64,000 nucleotides of DNA from Octopus sinensis (GCF_006345805.1 NC_043002.1:118606001-118670000); one strand, 5' to 3'; positions 51,650-64,000 are shown, counted from the first letter of the stretch. Numbers and translations: made by a program. The notes: generated from the sequence alone by a model not told the origin.

Positions 51650-52080
51650 ATATGGATTTCAAATTTTGGCACAAGCCAGTAATTTCGGGGGAGGGGATAA
51701 GGTCAACTGGTACTTACTTTACCGACCCCTAAAAGATGAAAGGCAAAGTCAACCTCAGCGGAATTTGAACTGAGAACGTAAAGACGGGCGAAATGCAGCT
51801 AAGTCCTTTGCACCCTGCACTAACGATTCTGCCAACTAGCCGCCTTATTCTGTTGAAATACTGATTTTAAATTTTGGCACAAGGCCAGCAATTTCAGGGT
51901 AGTGGGTAAGTCGATTACATCGACTCCTGTGTTTCAATTTGTTTATTTTATCGACCTCGAAAGAATGGAAGGCAAAGTCAACTACGTTGTTATTTGAACT
52001 TAGAACGTAAACGCGGACGAAATGCCGCTAAGCATTTTGCTCGGGTTGCTAACGATTCTGTCTGCTCTCTGCCTTCTTCC
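51650..52080 (-). mobile_element. Two tandem SINE family B monomers
   Basis: GAAAGGCAAAGTCAACC...GAATTTGAACT and head-like ends at about 51848 and 52080. Confidence 0.75.
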
Positions 52081-53399
52081 TGCTGAAATATTAATAACAT
52101 CAAATACAATCGTTTCACTTTCATTTATAAATGTTATGATTGTGGACCGGGTCTTCACAAGCCGTTCGATGGTAGCTGATACTTTAGCACCTAAAAGGAC
52201 TTCAGTAATAATGAGTGGGAATGCAGTACAATGTCTTTCTTTAATCAAACCATTCTATCACAAGGTTTGTCCGGTGTTTTCTTCCTTCGGACAACACAGC
52301 TTATTTACTAAATTTGTTCGATGAATCCCCACACTCATTTCTTTCCACTTGCTTGCAGATCAATGACCTTATCGTTAGACTTACAATAGTCTTGGAGGAA
52401 TTAGTTCAAACAACTTGAGCGTAATTTGTACATAATGTTAAAACAGTTCTATTCCAAAGCAATGTTTTTGCTCTTGGCCACATGGTTTGGTTGTACAATG
52501 TCAAGCCAGATCGGTATGTCTACCTAGCCTTCCACAGCTTTTGAAACATTTGTAGAAGTGGCTTTCTGTGAAAAGTCAACGTCTTGTACTAGTAACCGAT
52601 TACTCTTTCTCGTGTCTTACCATCATGCAGCTTTCCCATAGCACTAGTGAAACGTGGATCGTAGAAGTTTTATTACTGGTTCTGGTAAAGTATTTTCGAT
52701 TAATCCTACGAGTATAATGCATTCCGATTAAAATCTTTGCTTTCGTTCAAAATTTTTGATTAGAATGACTCTAGATGTTCCTGGAAAAGGCATTTTTTAC
52801 TACGATAATTTTTTCTCTCATCATTTTAGTAAACAGATCGTATGTAAAAAACAAACTTGTGGTTTATATTTTTTCGTTGTGATATTTTAGAGGAGTTTTT
52901 CACTAATTATTAACTTATTACTTATTACTTACTTTACACTTTATAACGACATTTAATTACCCTATTCTTCGACGTAAATTCTTTTTACTTCCTTCTAGAG
53001 TCGTTAACCATTTGGGTTGCTTAAGATGAGCTTTTTCATTGCCGCGTGCTTTGCAAATGTCTTTTAGGTGTACCTTCAGACTAACAATAGTAATATACTA
53101 GTTTTCACAATCTCCAGCGATATGATTACTAACTTTTATTATGAGAAGGGTTGGTTTTCTTTCATCGAAAGAAAAAGGTCTATTCCTGATAACTTATAGA
53201 AGCTGGAAAAATTGTTTTCAACTGTGGTTGTAAAATGATTTTCATCAGCTCAGTATATGGAAATAAAGGTCTGTCAGAGTCGTGTGATAGTGGTGATAGT
53301 GGTGTCAATCTATTCACGCTCTTGTTGATCCCTATGACAAGTTTTTCACCGGTTTTGAATATAAACGGCAAGATGATTGGTATCACAGTAATCAGAATA

Positions 53400-53612
53400 T
53401 CGGTCTCAATTTTTAGGACAAAGGCAACAAAATCGGGGCAGGGGATAAGTCGCTTACATCGACCCCAGTGCTCAACTGGTACTTCTTTTATCCACCCTGA
53501 AACGATGAAAGGCAAAGTTTACCTCGGTGGAATTTGAACTCAGAACGTAAAGCCGGACAATGCCGCTAAGCATTTTGCCCGGCGTGCTAACGACTCTTCT
53601 AACTCACCACCT
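53400..53612 (-). mobile_element. SINE family B monomer
   Basis: CATCGACCCCAGTGCTCAACTGGTAC...GCCCGGCGTGCTAACG. Confidence 0.8.
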
Positions 53613-54324
53613 TACAGTAATCAGACTATTGGCTACTGTCTGTGACAGCCATTTTCAGGGCAAGGAAAGATGCCTATTACCACAACTATTTAGCCGGGTC
53701 AGATTCGGACAGATAATTTTTTAAACAGCTTCATGTCGCCGGTCGCAAAATCTTCACCGTTTTTTTCCTTATTTAATTGCAAAGTCAAAGTGAAGTGAGA
53801 AGGGGTAATTGCATTTTCTAAAATACACGTATGATAGTAATGTTGTTAGTATTCGAGATGTAATCAATGTCAGCAAAGCTCGTATAAGCAAAATTTAACG
53901 AGGGTGAAAATATATTATATATTTGGCATGAATGACGCCTATGTTCGTGAGGAAAACGTGTTTCTCTAATTAGAAAAACAAAGAAAATAGAACCTTTTAC
54001 TGATCTAGGCTTCTTTAGGTCGTCGTAGTTGCAGAGGAATATGTTTCAAACACATTGTAGCGAACATCTGCGCCAGTACGTCTGACGCTGATGGCTATGT
54101 ATGTGTGTATGTGTGTGTGCATGTGTATGTATGTATGTATGTATGTATGTATGTATGTATGTATGTATGTATGTATGTATGGTTGCTGTTGCTTAGTTAG
54201 TGGGATTGACTCAGTGCACAGCCTTTCCTCACTTTAAAAAAAATCTTGCACAGGCATTGCACGATAACAACATTGATTAAGCTTCGTGCAATGGCCATAC
54301 TCGATAACGAGGGGGCAACCACCA

Positions 54325-54383
<59 letters not shown>

Positions 54384-54879
54384 ATGTATGTATGTATGTA
54401 TGTATGCGTGTATACGTATGTATGTATTTATGTACACACGTGTGTATGTCTAAGAAAAGAAAGGCCAGAGGATTTCACTCTTGGAGAAAAGACCCCCACC
54501 CCAAAAAAATGAGAAATTATACTGACCAGTCTTTACTCGGTTTTCAACAATCTGGTTCTGATGTACTTTGTTTCACTTCTGCCACTGTATCTATCTCCAT
54601 TGACGGTATAAATAGTGATACTGGGAAATGTTTACTTCTGAGGGTATTAAAAAAGCTTCTTTTACGCTGGTAACGTTTCTTGCAATGCAGATCGAGGCTC
54701 TTGAATTTCAGGTGTTATGATAGTCATTGTGGTGATCGGGGGATCACTCACGCTGAGGACAATGAGTGAAGGTAAACGTAGCATATATGATATCTGTGGT
54801 AATTCTTCGGTCACCTGCATGACTATATTGGTATATATACATACATATTAAAATTGTGTGTGTGTGTGTGTGTGTATTC

Positions 54880-55090
54880 CATTATTCCTTGTTTTGTTTC
54901 AGTCATTTGACTGCAGCCATGCTGGAGCGCAGCCTTTAGTCGAACTAATCGACCCAAGAACTTATTCTTTGTAATCCTAGTACTTATTCTATCAGTCACT
55001 TATTGCCGAACCGTTTCGAGCCTACGCTCTTCTACAGAAAGGGACACAGGAAAAACAAGGAGAGAAACAAGGAGAGAAAATAAACAATAT
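54880..55090 (-). mobile_element. Chimera of repeat D (5' part) and SINE-A 3' tail
   Basis: Minus strand reads ...CTGTAGAAGAGCGTAGGCTCGAAACG|GTTCGGCAATAAG...CCAGCATGGCTGCAGTCAAATGACTGAAAC. Confidence 0.75.
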
Positions 55091-55320
55091 AACAATATAT
55101 ATATATATATATTTGAGGATGGTCATATTATGCCAGTTAAACACACGCGCAATATATTTGGTCTTCACTTCAGCTTTATTATTATTATTTTAGCTTTTTT
55201 TTGTCAAAGTTCTTCCGTCACACATTCTGTGACCTCTTCAGCGACTCTCTATCCCAGGTGTCTTCTTTTGTCCTGCTTACTCCATTTTGTCTTTCTGTGC
55301 GATGTATCCATATAATAAAG

Positions 55321-55562
55321 TTACCTTCTCGAGTCATGTCGACTCTTAAGGGCCGGTTTCCCGGTTTCTATGGCGTATGAATTCCCCACTCGGACGGAAC
55401 GGTGGTTCGCCGCAGGATTACTCATTTTAGTCAACTGAGCCAACTTGAGCAACGTGAAATAAAGTATTTTGCTCAAGAACACAACGCGTCGCCCGGTCCA
55501 GGAATCGAAACCGGAATCTTACGATCATGAGTCCAATACCTTAACCACTAGGCTACGCACCT
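55321..55562 (-). mobile_element. SINE family C (tRNA-like head plus V-domain-like body)
   Basis: Head GGTGCGTAGCCTAGTGGTTAAGG...GGTTTCGATTCC, then GTGTTCTTGAGCAAAA and CCTGCGGCGAACC...GAAACCGGGAAACCGGCCC. Confidence 0.8.
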
Positions 55563-55594
55563 TGACTGTCTGCACATGCGCTTCTGTCTGTATC

Positions 55595-55633
<39 letters not shown>

Positions 55634-55901
55634 AGTATGCGTATCTTGCGTGCGTACACATGGGCTTGCTTATTACACTGTACCAGTATCTTTTATGTAT
55701 TTATTTATTTACTCTCAGTCTTTTTTAGTATGTGTATAAGCGTTTTGTGTGTTTGTGTGTGTGTGTGCATGTGCGTATGCGAATGTGTATGGATTTATGT
55801 ATTACGCTGTTTGTGTCTGTCTTTTTTCCTTCTCATTCTGTCTTTAGTCGTTAGGTTGCTTTCTAATGCATACATACATATATACATACATATATATATA
55901 C

Positions 55902-55954
<53 letters not shown>

Positions 55955-56708
55955 AATATGTACACACACACACACACGCACATATGTATAAGTATATATT
56001 TGCATTGCAGATAGCTCACCTTCAACACAACAGAGCTGCTCTATCTGCCCCCCCCCTCACAAAAATTGTCACGATACAAACAAATGGTTCCTCACAACGG
56101 TTCTCGTCCATAATGTCGACTAGTTCTTTAGATAGCAGTTCAACTTGCGCTGGGTTAATCTATCCTTTCCAGAGACCTTATTTTTATCCTTTTCGGTTTT
56201 ATTCGCCCAGATTAGTCATTTGCAACATGATCAAACATGCACCAGGTTGTATTAGACTGCATGTACCACTAATGTTCAAAGCCACTTGATGCATAGACAC
56301 ATACGTACAGGCAGGGACACAATAACACAGAGAGATGCAAGCCCGTATATTTACTTATTCATAACAAAGCCTATTGTTACACTCGTAATTATTCTCTGGC
56401 AGTGAACCTTGTGCCATTATGTAAATAAGTTGGAGCTTAGGCAGTTCAAAACTAAGAGAAGAGCGAATCTTTCTACATCGCTAAATAACAATAAAACTAA
56501 CAGTTCAATTCTCGTTCATGGCTACAAAATTCTCAACGAGATCAAATATACATGACCGAGAGTTCGTATGTGTGTATATATGAATGCAGACGTGTGTGTA
56601 TATATGAATGCAGACGTGTGTGTATATTATTTTGTAAGCTTTAAGCTTATAAAATATCATTATTTACAGAATGTAAAAATTCGGCATCGCTTACCAAATA
56701 ATCGCTCA

Positions 56709-56802
<94 letters not shown>

Positions 56803-56835
56803 ATAGCTATCTATCTATCTATCTAGTCTATCTAG

Positions 56836-56896
<61 letters not shown>

Positions 56897-56899
56897 ATA

Positions 56900-57106
56900 C
56901 AGAGTGTCCCAGAAGTCGCGCACCATTCTGGTTTTCATTAAAAATAATTAAAGCATTTTATTTATAATATTTTTTTCTGCATGTTTTATTGTAGAGGGCG
57001 CTCAATTTGATCATTTGTTACGATTAATTTCAATAAAATGTCTTTGAAATCAATAAGGGTGTATTCTTTTAAAACAACCAGGGTGGTGCGCAACCTCTGG
57101 GACACC

Positions 57107-57109
<3 letters not shown>
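56900..57109. mobile_element. 210-bp Tc1/mariner-type MITE
   Basis: TIRs CAGAGTGTCCCAGAAGTCGCGCACCA and TGGTGCGCAACCTCTGGGACACCCTG, with TA on both sides. Confidence 0.88.
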
Positions 57110-57146
<37 letters not shown>

Positions 57147-57317
57147 TAAACATAGAATCATCCACAAACGCACACATGAATTAATATGAACTCCATCTCA
57201 GTAGTCTTCTCCCCTTGTTTCGACTTTATGAAATCGCATTTCTCACCTCACTATACTCGAAAGTTTTTGAGAAGACAACTTATGTAAGTTTTAAGAAAAG
57301 ATCGTTATGATTTAAAT

Positions 57318-57495
57318 GATAGATCGTTAGCCACATTTTTTTTCTCTCCTGTTTTTTTCTGTGTCCCTCTCTGTAGAAGAGCGTAAGCTCGAAACGTAAA
57401 AGACTTTTTCTATTCCTGAGCGTGATACTAATACATCTGTTTGTTTTGTACACCACCTGTCTTCGTCTTTTGTTTTTTTCGTAAACTCTCCCTAA
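57318..57495 (+). repeat. Penelope-derived repeat D with hammerhead-like motif (core at 57371)
   Basis: CTGTAGAAGAGCGTAAGCTCGAAACGTAAAAGAC. The stem II loop is GTAA here. Confidence 0.7.
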
Positions 57496-57564
57496 TTTTA
57501 AGAAAGACAGTCATACTTTTTAGTCAAAGAAGAATTAAGATATGCATGTAAAAGTAGTAATAAA

Positions 57565-57760
57565 GTTCCTTTTCGAGTCGTATAAACTAGTCATAGGGCC
57601 GGTTTCCTGGTTTTCGTAACGTACATATTCCTCCCTGGACTGGACGCCGGTCCGTCGCAGGATTACTCATTTTTGCCAGCTGAGTGGATTGAACTTTTTT
57701 TGGCTCGAGAACAGTGCGTTCAGGAATCGAAACCACAGTCTAAACACTAAGCACGCGCAT
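57565..57760 (-). mobile_element. SINE family C, diverged
   Basis: GGGCCGGTTTCCTGGTTT...GGACGCCGGTCCGTCGCAGG...GGAATCGAAACC. Confidence 0.7.
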
Positions 57761-57804
57761 CCACAAAATAAGCATATTCTTAATTTTATTTCTTTCTTAT
57801 TTCT

Positions 57805-58030
57805 TTATTGCCCACAAGGGGCTAAATATAGAGGGAACAAACAAGGATAGAAGGAACAAACAAGGGATTAAGTCGATTACATCGACCCCAGTGCGTAACT
57901 GGTACTTAATTTATCGACCCCGAAAGGATAAAAGGCAAAGTCGACCTCACCGGAATTTGAACTCAGAACGTAACGGCAGACGAAATACGGCTACGCATTT
58001 CGCCCGGCGTGCTAACGTGTCTGCCAGCAA
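57805..58030 (-). mobile_element. SINE family B monomer (AATAAAGAAATA-type tail)
   Basis: Matches 60350-60585 and the first half of the dimers. Confidence 0.8.
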
Positions 58031-58433
58031 CCTATCTAACCACACAGGGATTAAAAGAAAAATGCAACACTTTATGTAACGAAAACTCCGAATTCGCATC
58101 TGATTTTCATAAGTACACAAATGTATTTGAAATGTTTACAATCCAAAATTGCATTGATGGTATATTGAGACGGTCCAACAATAATATTATTATTATGATT
58201 GTCATCCAAATTTATTTCTCAAGTTTTATAACCAAATTAAACAAGTTAAAAAAAAAAGCTTCATTCACAAAAAGGCCATAAGTAATGAACTTGGATAATA
58301 TAACAAAGATATCCTGGCCTAGATATGAAACTAGGTTTGTCACGGGCGAAGATTTTCGCAGCTACATTATAAAATAAACAGACAATTTAAGCCCAATAAA
58401 GACCCGCATTTCTTAGCAAGGTAAGACTGAAAC

Positions 58434-58490
<57 letters not shown>

Positions 58491-58709
58491 GAGAGAGTGA
58501 GAGAGGGAGAGGGAGAGAGAGAAAGAGAAAGAGAGAGAGAGGAAAAAAAAACAAAACATTATAGTAATTTACTAATGGACTGAAGGAAAAAGTATATTAT
58601 TTATACTTTTTACTCACCTCTGAACCGATCTACTTTCTATGACCCACACATTGCCAATAAACAATATTCTTTGAATCGAACACTTAATCGAACACAAACA
58701 TATCCTCTA

Positions 58710-59079
58710 CGTGTTTCAATCATTAGACTGCGGCCATGCTGGTGCACCGCCTTGGAGAATGTTTTAGTCGAATGCTTCGAATCCAGTACTTATTTTTAAA
58801 TCCTGTATCTTATTCTATTGCACTTTTTTGCCGAAACGCTACGTCGCGGGGACATAAACCCACCAGCACCGGCTGTTAAACGGTAGTGGGGGACAAATAC
58901 ACACACACACATTCACAACGGGCTTCTTTCAGTTTCCGTCTACCAAATCTACTCACAAGTCTTTGGTCGACCTAAAGCTATAGTAGAAGAAACTTGCTCA
59001 AGGTTCCACGCAGTGAGACTGAACCCGGAACCATATGGTTGGGAGGCAAGCTTCTTACCGCACAGCCACGCCTGGGCCT
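58710..59079 (-). mobile_element. SINE family A
   Basis: Tail GACTGCGGCCATGCTGG and head CTTACCGCACAGCCACGCCT. Confidence 0.8.
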
Positions 59080-59527
59080 ATATATCGAAATATGTAGATA
59101 TTTCTACTATAAATTGTATTGGTGATAACTAATTAGAATGAAGCACATACAGGTGGAAAAAAGTGGATACAAAGTAAATTAATCATCCATTATTCTTTTT
59201 ATCAATCTTTTACTTGCTTCACTCTTAGGTCTGTGGCCATGCTGGGGCATCGTCTTGAAGGGTTTTGTTTAACAACTCGACTTCCGTACTTATTCTATCC
59301 TTTTGCTGAACTGCTAAGGTATGGGATCGTAAAGAACTCAATACAATTCGTTAAGCGGTGGCTTGAGACAAATACAAACATAAAATGCATACCTATAGAT
59401 ATATTCATATAAATGTTGAACAAATATATTGTATTTGTTTACGCTTCGTAAGTCTTAATAAACTGTTAGGAAAAAAGAATTATCTTCATTCAGAAAAATT
59501 ATGAGTGAATAAAAATTCAGGACACAT

Positions 59528-59552
59528 ACAGACAGACAGACAGACAGATACA

Positions 59553-59600
<48 letters not shown>

Positions 59601-59604
59601 ACAA

Positions 59605-59635
<31 letters not shown>

Positions 59636-59696
59636 AACACACACACACAACACACACACACAAACACACACACACCACACACACAAACACACACAA

Positions 59697-59727
<31 letters not shown>

Positions 59728-59805
59728 AACACACACACACAAACACACAAACACACACACACAAACACACACACACAAACACACACACAAACACACGCAA
59801 ACACA
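59528..59805. repeat. (CA)n array punctuated by CAAA
   Basis: Read directly from the sequence. Confidence 0.95.
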
Positions 59806-59827
59806 TATATGTATGTGTATATATGTA

Positions 59828-60036
59828 CCGAAAAGTTCCTGGCTTTAAGGGTATATTGCGAAAGGCCTGGTTGGAGGCCCAACCTTCCGAGTTCTTTTAC
59901 AAGACTTAGAAAAACTGAAGAGCCACTAGAATAAGTGTATGAATCTGAAGTGAGAATATGTTGAATAAAATCATAATTAACTTTTCCTTCAATATTTTCT
60001 TTTACCCAAATTGAGGAACTTTTCAGCACTCCCTCG
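59828..60036 (+). mobile_element. Mariner deletion derivative (3' end plus TIR)
   Basis: LEKLKSH*NKCMNLK*EYVE* resembles a mariner C-terminus. Right end GGAACTTTTCAGCACTCCCTCG-TA and partial left end GAAAAGTTCC. Confidence 0.65.
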
Positions 60037-60055
60037 TATGTGTGTCTATACATAT

Positions 60056-60104
<49 letters not shown>

Positions 60105-60238
60105 TACATAACAGGGGGTGCTGAAAGTTCCTTCTAGATAGATAGATAGATAATGATACATACACACACACACGCACAAACATATTTCGATATATATACA
60201 TGTATGTATATCGAAATATGTTTGTGTGTGTATGTATC

Positions 60239-60336
<98 letters not shown>

Positions 60337-60349
60337 AGTATATCTGATA

Positions 60350-60585
60350 CCTATTTCTTTATTGCCCACAAGGGGCTAAACATAGAGGGGATAAACAAGG
60401 ACAGACAAACGGATTAAGTCGATTATATCGACCCCAGTGTGTAACTGGTACTTAATTTATCGACCCCGAAAGGATGAAAGGCAAAGTCGACCTCGGCAGA
60501 ATTTGAACTCAGAACGTAACGGCAGACGAAATACCGCTAAGCATTTCGCCCGGCGTGCTAACGATTCTGCCAGCTCGCCGCCCTA
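60350..60585 (-). mobile_element. SINE family B monomer, well preserved
   Basis: GACCCCGAAAGGATGAAAGGCAAAGTCGACCTCGGC...CTGCCAGCTCGCCG. Confidence 0.85.
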
Positions 60586-60729
60586 TCTCTCAGTATATCT
60601 GACACCTGCCACAGACACATAAACCTATCACTCATGCATAACTCATGCAAGCTTTAAGTCTGAGTTATGTCTTGATCTTCGGTACTTTTTTGTTATATTT
60701 ACTGTAATTAGAAGAAGAGCCTGACCTCA

Positions 60730-61460
60730 TGACCTTTGTTGCCCCTTCCAGGTCAACGAGAACGTTGCAATTAATGTTTGTCATGAACCTTTCAATGTCA
60801 AAACATACTTGAATGATTTAAAGAACGAGGGTATTTCAGACAGGTGACTTTCTGGTAAGAAGTATCGGATTCAGTGATTAGTGTGGGCTTTTGAGAGGGG
60901 TGAGTGGACAAAGATAATAATAAGAGAAATGAGTGGGATGGGAATATATATCTGGTAGTGGCGGCATGTGCTCAGGAAGCTCCGAAAACCAGGGTTTGGA
61001 CAGTAAGCTATAAAAATGCTGAGAAGTGAGAAGGAAAGAGAGAGAGAGAGAGGTAAAGTATGCTTTTGGTCAGAGACTGGAGCGTGAGTGACTTTGCTCC
61101 AATAATTTAGGTTGTCTTTTCTGGATGTTGTCCTGGATGTCTATGAGAGCATGAAGAGGCCATCACAGAAGCGAGAGCAATACTCGATTTTGGTCCTCAC
61201 CAGAACTTATAGAATATCGGTAATGGAGACAGAAGAAGATCGGTAATGAAGAATGTCAGTAATGGAGACTGAAGTATCTTCTATTCCCGAAGAGAAGGGA
61301 CTGTGTTGAGATGTAGTCATAGCTGTGAAGGATGTGCTTTTGCCGCGAGAGATCATCAGTGGTAGAGAGACCCAATAATTAGAGCGATTGTGAGAGCTTT
61401 GAGTCTTGCTCGTGATTAACGAGTGTATTGTAGAATGATATTTTCTTGGAATGAGTAACA
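60730..61460 (-). mobile_element. Old CR1/L2-group LINE 3' relic
   Basis: L*VLVRTKIEYCS, DNIQKR, V*NTL and FDIERF resemble the post-RT region. Confidence 0.4.
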
Positions 61461-62156
61461 TTTGTGATTTCTTGCCATTGGAAAATGATTTCGAGCTTTC
61501 TGTTCATTGTGAGAGTGGATTTGGTGTGTGGTGTCACATTCAAACAAACTTACATCATTACACATGTGTATCAACTCATCTTACATATACTGTCTTTTTC
61601 CTCCTACACTGGCCACATTTATTTCTCTTACCTGTGCACACTATTCTTTGTCAAAGAAAAACATTTCCTTTACTCCAATACTACCTCAAAAAAGTTCACA
61701 GGCTACTGAAGACTGCTACCTCTTTGAATGAACATTATATCTTTTTGCCTTTTTCATTTTCGCACTCATCTTTTTCTTATACATGGCGAAGGACCACTGA
61801 CTGAAACAGCGTTTTATCCACAGCATTGCATGCATTTCCTTTTGTACTTGGCACGTTCTGTTTTTAATTTCACTTTTGGTTGACATGGATATTCCTTAAT
61901 TACTTGGCTACCAATTACCGTACTGATTCAGACCAAACATGAACTGCTCTTGGGTTTTTAAATAGTTTTTGACTGTAATTTATTATAACTAAAACTTTAC
62001 AAAAGTCACTTTAAGTTTCACCTTTTTGTCCAGATAATCGTAGATGAAAATATTCCATTAAATGAATGAATGATTTAAATGCATATTTAGGGTAAATGCG
62101 TGTGTGTTGAAGGTAATACAGTGCTCTGTCACTGAATGCACGAGTAGATGTCTCAT

Positions 62157-63170
62157 CAGGTGGTGAAGCAGCTCTGTAGGTGTTTCAGTACCTTCCACCC
62201 GGTGACTCGGCAAAGAAATTTGCTTAGGAATTACAAACTCAGGTACAAAATGTTTTATAAACAAGGCCGAGTTTTTCCAATCTTAATATCAAAATAAACA
62301 CAGGTGTAATAATAATGTTTATTATTATAAATGGAAAAGTAATGCTTCAAATCATTCCCCAAATTTCTCTACGGTCGCTTGTTTTGGTAATGAAGTTTTT
62401 CAAGAGTATGTCCAGAGAGTTTTCATTGCATAAACGCTTATGCACATGCATGACGGCACAGTGTGTCAGACGGCGTTGCGTCATTGTGGTACAGAGTCAG
62501 GTCTTTAAACTACAAAGTGTGCCGAACATTCTCTCGCACGATGCAACAGACACAGGCTTGCAACATGACAACATTCTCATCACAAAGGCTTGTCCATAGC
62601 GCTTTCATAAGAATGATGCATTAGTGAACAAAGTTCAATGCATCAGTGACCATGACAACCGCAGATCCAACTTCTTGGAGGACACGGTCCAGGGAGTAGT
62701 TTCTGAAGTGTACAAAATATGTACCAGGAAACGTATTTTAATTTCTGTTGGATATCTGAAATGTTTCTGTTCATGGTACTTGTGCCATCAAAGGATAAAG
62801 CAACATAATTTTGAGTCCAACGAAATGTTTAAGCGACAAAAAACATCCAGAATAACCTTAGTTAGTGTCTCCGAAGACTAGTTAGAAGGGTTATAAAAGT
62901 CGAAGAAATCTTCGTGGACATACTAGTTTTCAGAAACATAACGACAATAACTAATTCTTGTTCCATGTCAGAGCAATCACATATAACAATAAACATGGAA
63001 TCTTCAACCTTTTTTCTGACCTCATGTAGGGTGTTATGAACATATGCCTCCAGGATTTCATTTTGTATCGTAGAAAATTAATTCCCCGTTTAAGCCGCTG
63101 ACTTACTTATTCATTGCAATCTTCGGCAAGTTCTTTTATGAGATTTACGAAGTTTCCTGTGACATGTATT
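62157..63170 (-). mobile_element. hAT-superfamily transposase relic, internally deleted
   Basis: NFVNLIKELA, QNEIL, EQE..I.RYV, ETLTKVILDVFCRL, FDGTSTM and YFVHFRNYSLD, then directly PVSVASCERMFGTLCSLKT*LCTTMTQRRL (dimerisation domain). Possible terminus CAGGTGGTG at 62157. Confidence 0.75.
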
Positions 63171-63186
63171 AACTTTCTCTTCGAAG

Positions 63187-63400
63187 ATGGAACTAGTAAC
63201 TTCTTTTAGCTTTTACTAAGGATATTCCTTGATCCTTCCACAATGGAACTGTTAACTGTTATCTTTTACTAAGGATTTCCTTAATTCTCAGATCATGAAG
63301 GTGCTAAGCATTATTATCTCTCACTAAGGATGTCCTTTAGTTCTTCGATGAACTAGTAACTACTAATAACCTTTATTAAAGATATTCCTTTATTCTTACT
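63187..63400. repeat. Diverged minisatellite, 4 units of about 53 bp
   Basis: Core ACTAAGGAT(A)TTCC at 63215, 63268, 63323 and 63375. Each unit begins with an ATG(G)AACTAGTAAC-like sequence. Confidence 0.75.
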
Positions 63401-63475
63401 CTTCAAATACAGAAGAGTTGGTTCACATAGAAATCTTTACTCAATGACATAGGATCCACATATTCAGCTTTTCTA

Positions 63476-64000
63476 TTGGGTCATCTCATAAGTAATGATG
63501 CTTTTTCAATTGCAGGAGAACGGGATAAACTACCCGCATAAACTTGCTATAAAAGCAGATAGTAATTTTACCTTCTCTTATTCTTCGTGCAAGTTTTGAA
63601 GAGTGCAGTTCGATTTTAACAGTTGTTTTTTCAAAGCTATAATGGAAGTGACAAAGGAGCATATTCTGTATATTTTGCTTTGTGAGTTCAATAAAGGCAA
63701 CAACGCGACGGAAAGTGCGAGGAATATTAATGCAATATGTGGGGATCGGACAATAAGCATAAGCCAGTGTCAACAGTGGTTACAGAAATTCTGAGCCGGA
63801 AACTACAGCCTAGGAGACGAGCCTCGTGCTGGAAGATCTGTAGAACTTGACGAGGACGTCCTGAAAACCCTGGTGGAACAAACTCCCATCGTAACTGTTG
63901 AGGAACTTGCAAAGAAGCTTGGATTTGGTCATTCAAACCATTCATTGTCACCTGCGTGCCATCGGAAAAGTCAGCAAATTGGGTCAATTGGTTCCTCACA
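63476..64000 (+). mobile_element. Mariner element 5' part, running off the window
   Basis: TA plus TIR-like TTGGGTCATCTCATAAGT. ATG at 63642 gives MEVTKEHILYILLCEFNKG...QWLQKF*AGNYSL.DEPRAGR...KLGQLVPH. Confidence 0.85.

Noticed and set aside
52150-52720. Possible Merlin/IS1016-like transposase relic (VWGFIE, TIERL)
   Set aside because: Two short motifs in broken frames and no TIRs found.
55490-55562. tRNA gene-like sequence (also the heads of SINE A and B)
   Set aside because: A and B boxes are present, but there is no complete cloverleaf and each continues into a SINE body.
63187-63400. CRISPR-like repeat/spacer look
   Set aside because: The context is eukaryotic, the repeats are non-identical, the spacers are partly homologous to each other, and there are no cas genes.

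Overview
AT-rich, microsatellite-dense eukaryotic (animal) DNA, most probably from an octopus. That assignment rests on my recollection of the SINE families and repeat landscape, not on a database check. No host gene, rRNA, true tRNA gene or CRISPR array can be supported; the window is mostly transposable elements and simple repeats. Non-LTR retroelements: a near-complete CR1/L2-group LINE (about 46.0-49.5 kb), a 5'-truncated L1/Tx1 copy (36.6-38.7 kb), two HERO/NeSL-like copies (17.7-19.2 and 42.8-46.0 kb), an RT-less R4/Dong-like derivative (12.8-13.8 kb), a Penelope-like RT (23.5-25.4 kb) and older RTE/CR1 relics. DNA transposons: a complete Tc1 with TIRs nested inside an older mariner (8.8-11.6 kb), a full-length mariner (34.35-35.63 kb), a hAT relic, a mariner running off the window end, MITEs and two fold-back elements. 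Short repeats: three tRNA-headed SINE families (my labels A, B, C) and a Penelope-derived short repeat (label D). The most interesting signals are: (1) repeat D carries a minimal hammerhead-ribozyme-like fold with a core variant fixed in all four copies; (2) one D/SINE-A chimera is joined within 2 nt of the predicted cleavage site; (3) SINE-A and the CR1-group LINE share a 40-nt 3' end with a compensatory stem-loop; (4) two unexplained long inverted repeats. Element boundaries are approximate unless TIRs or TSDs are quoted.
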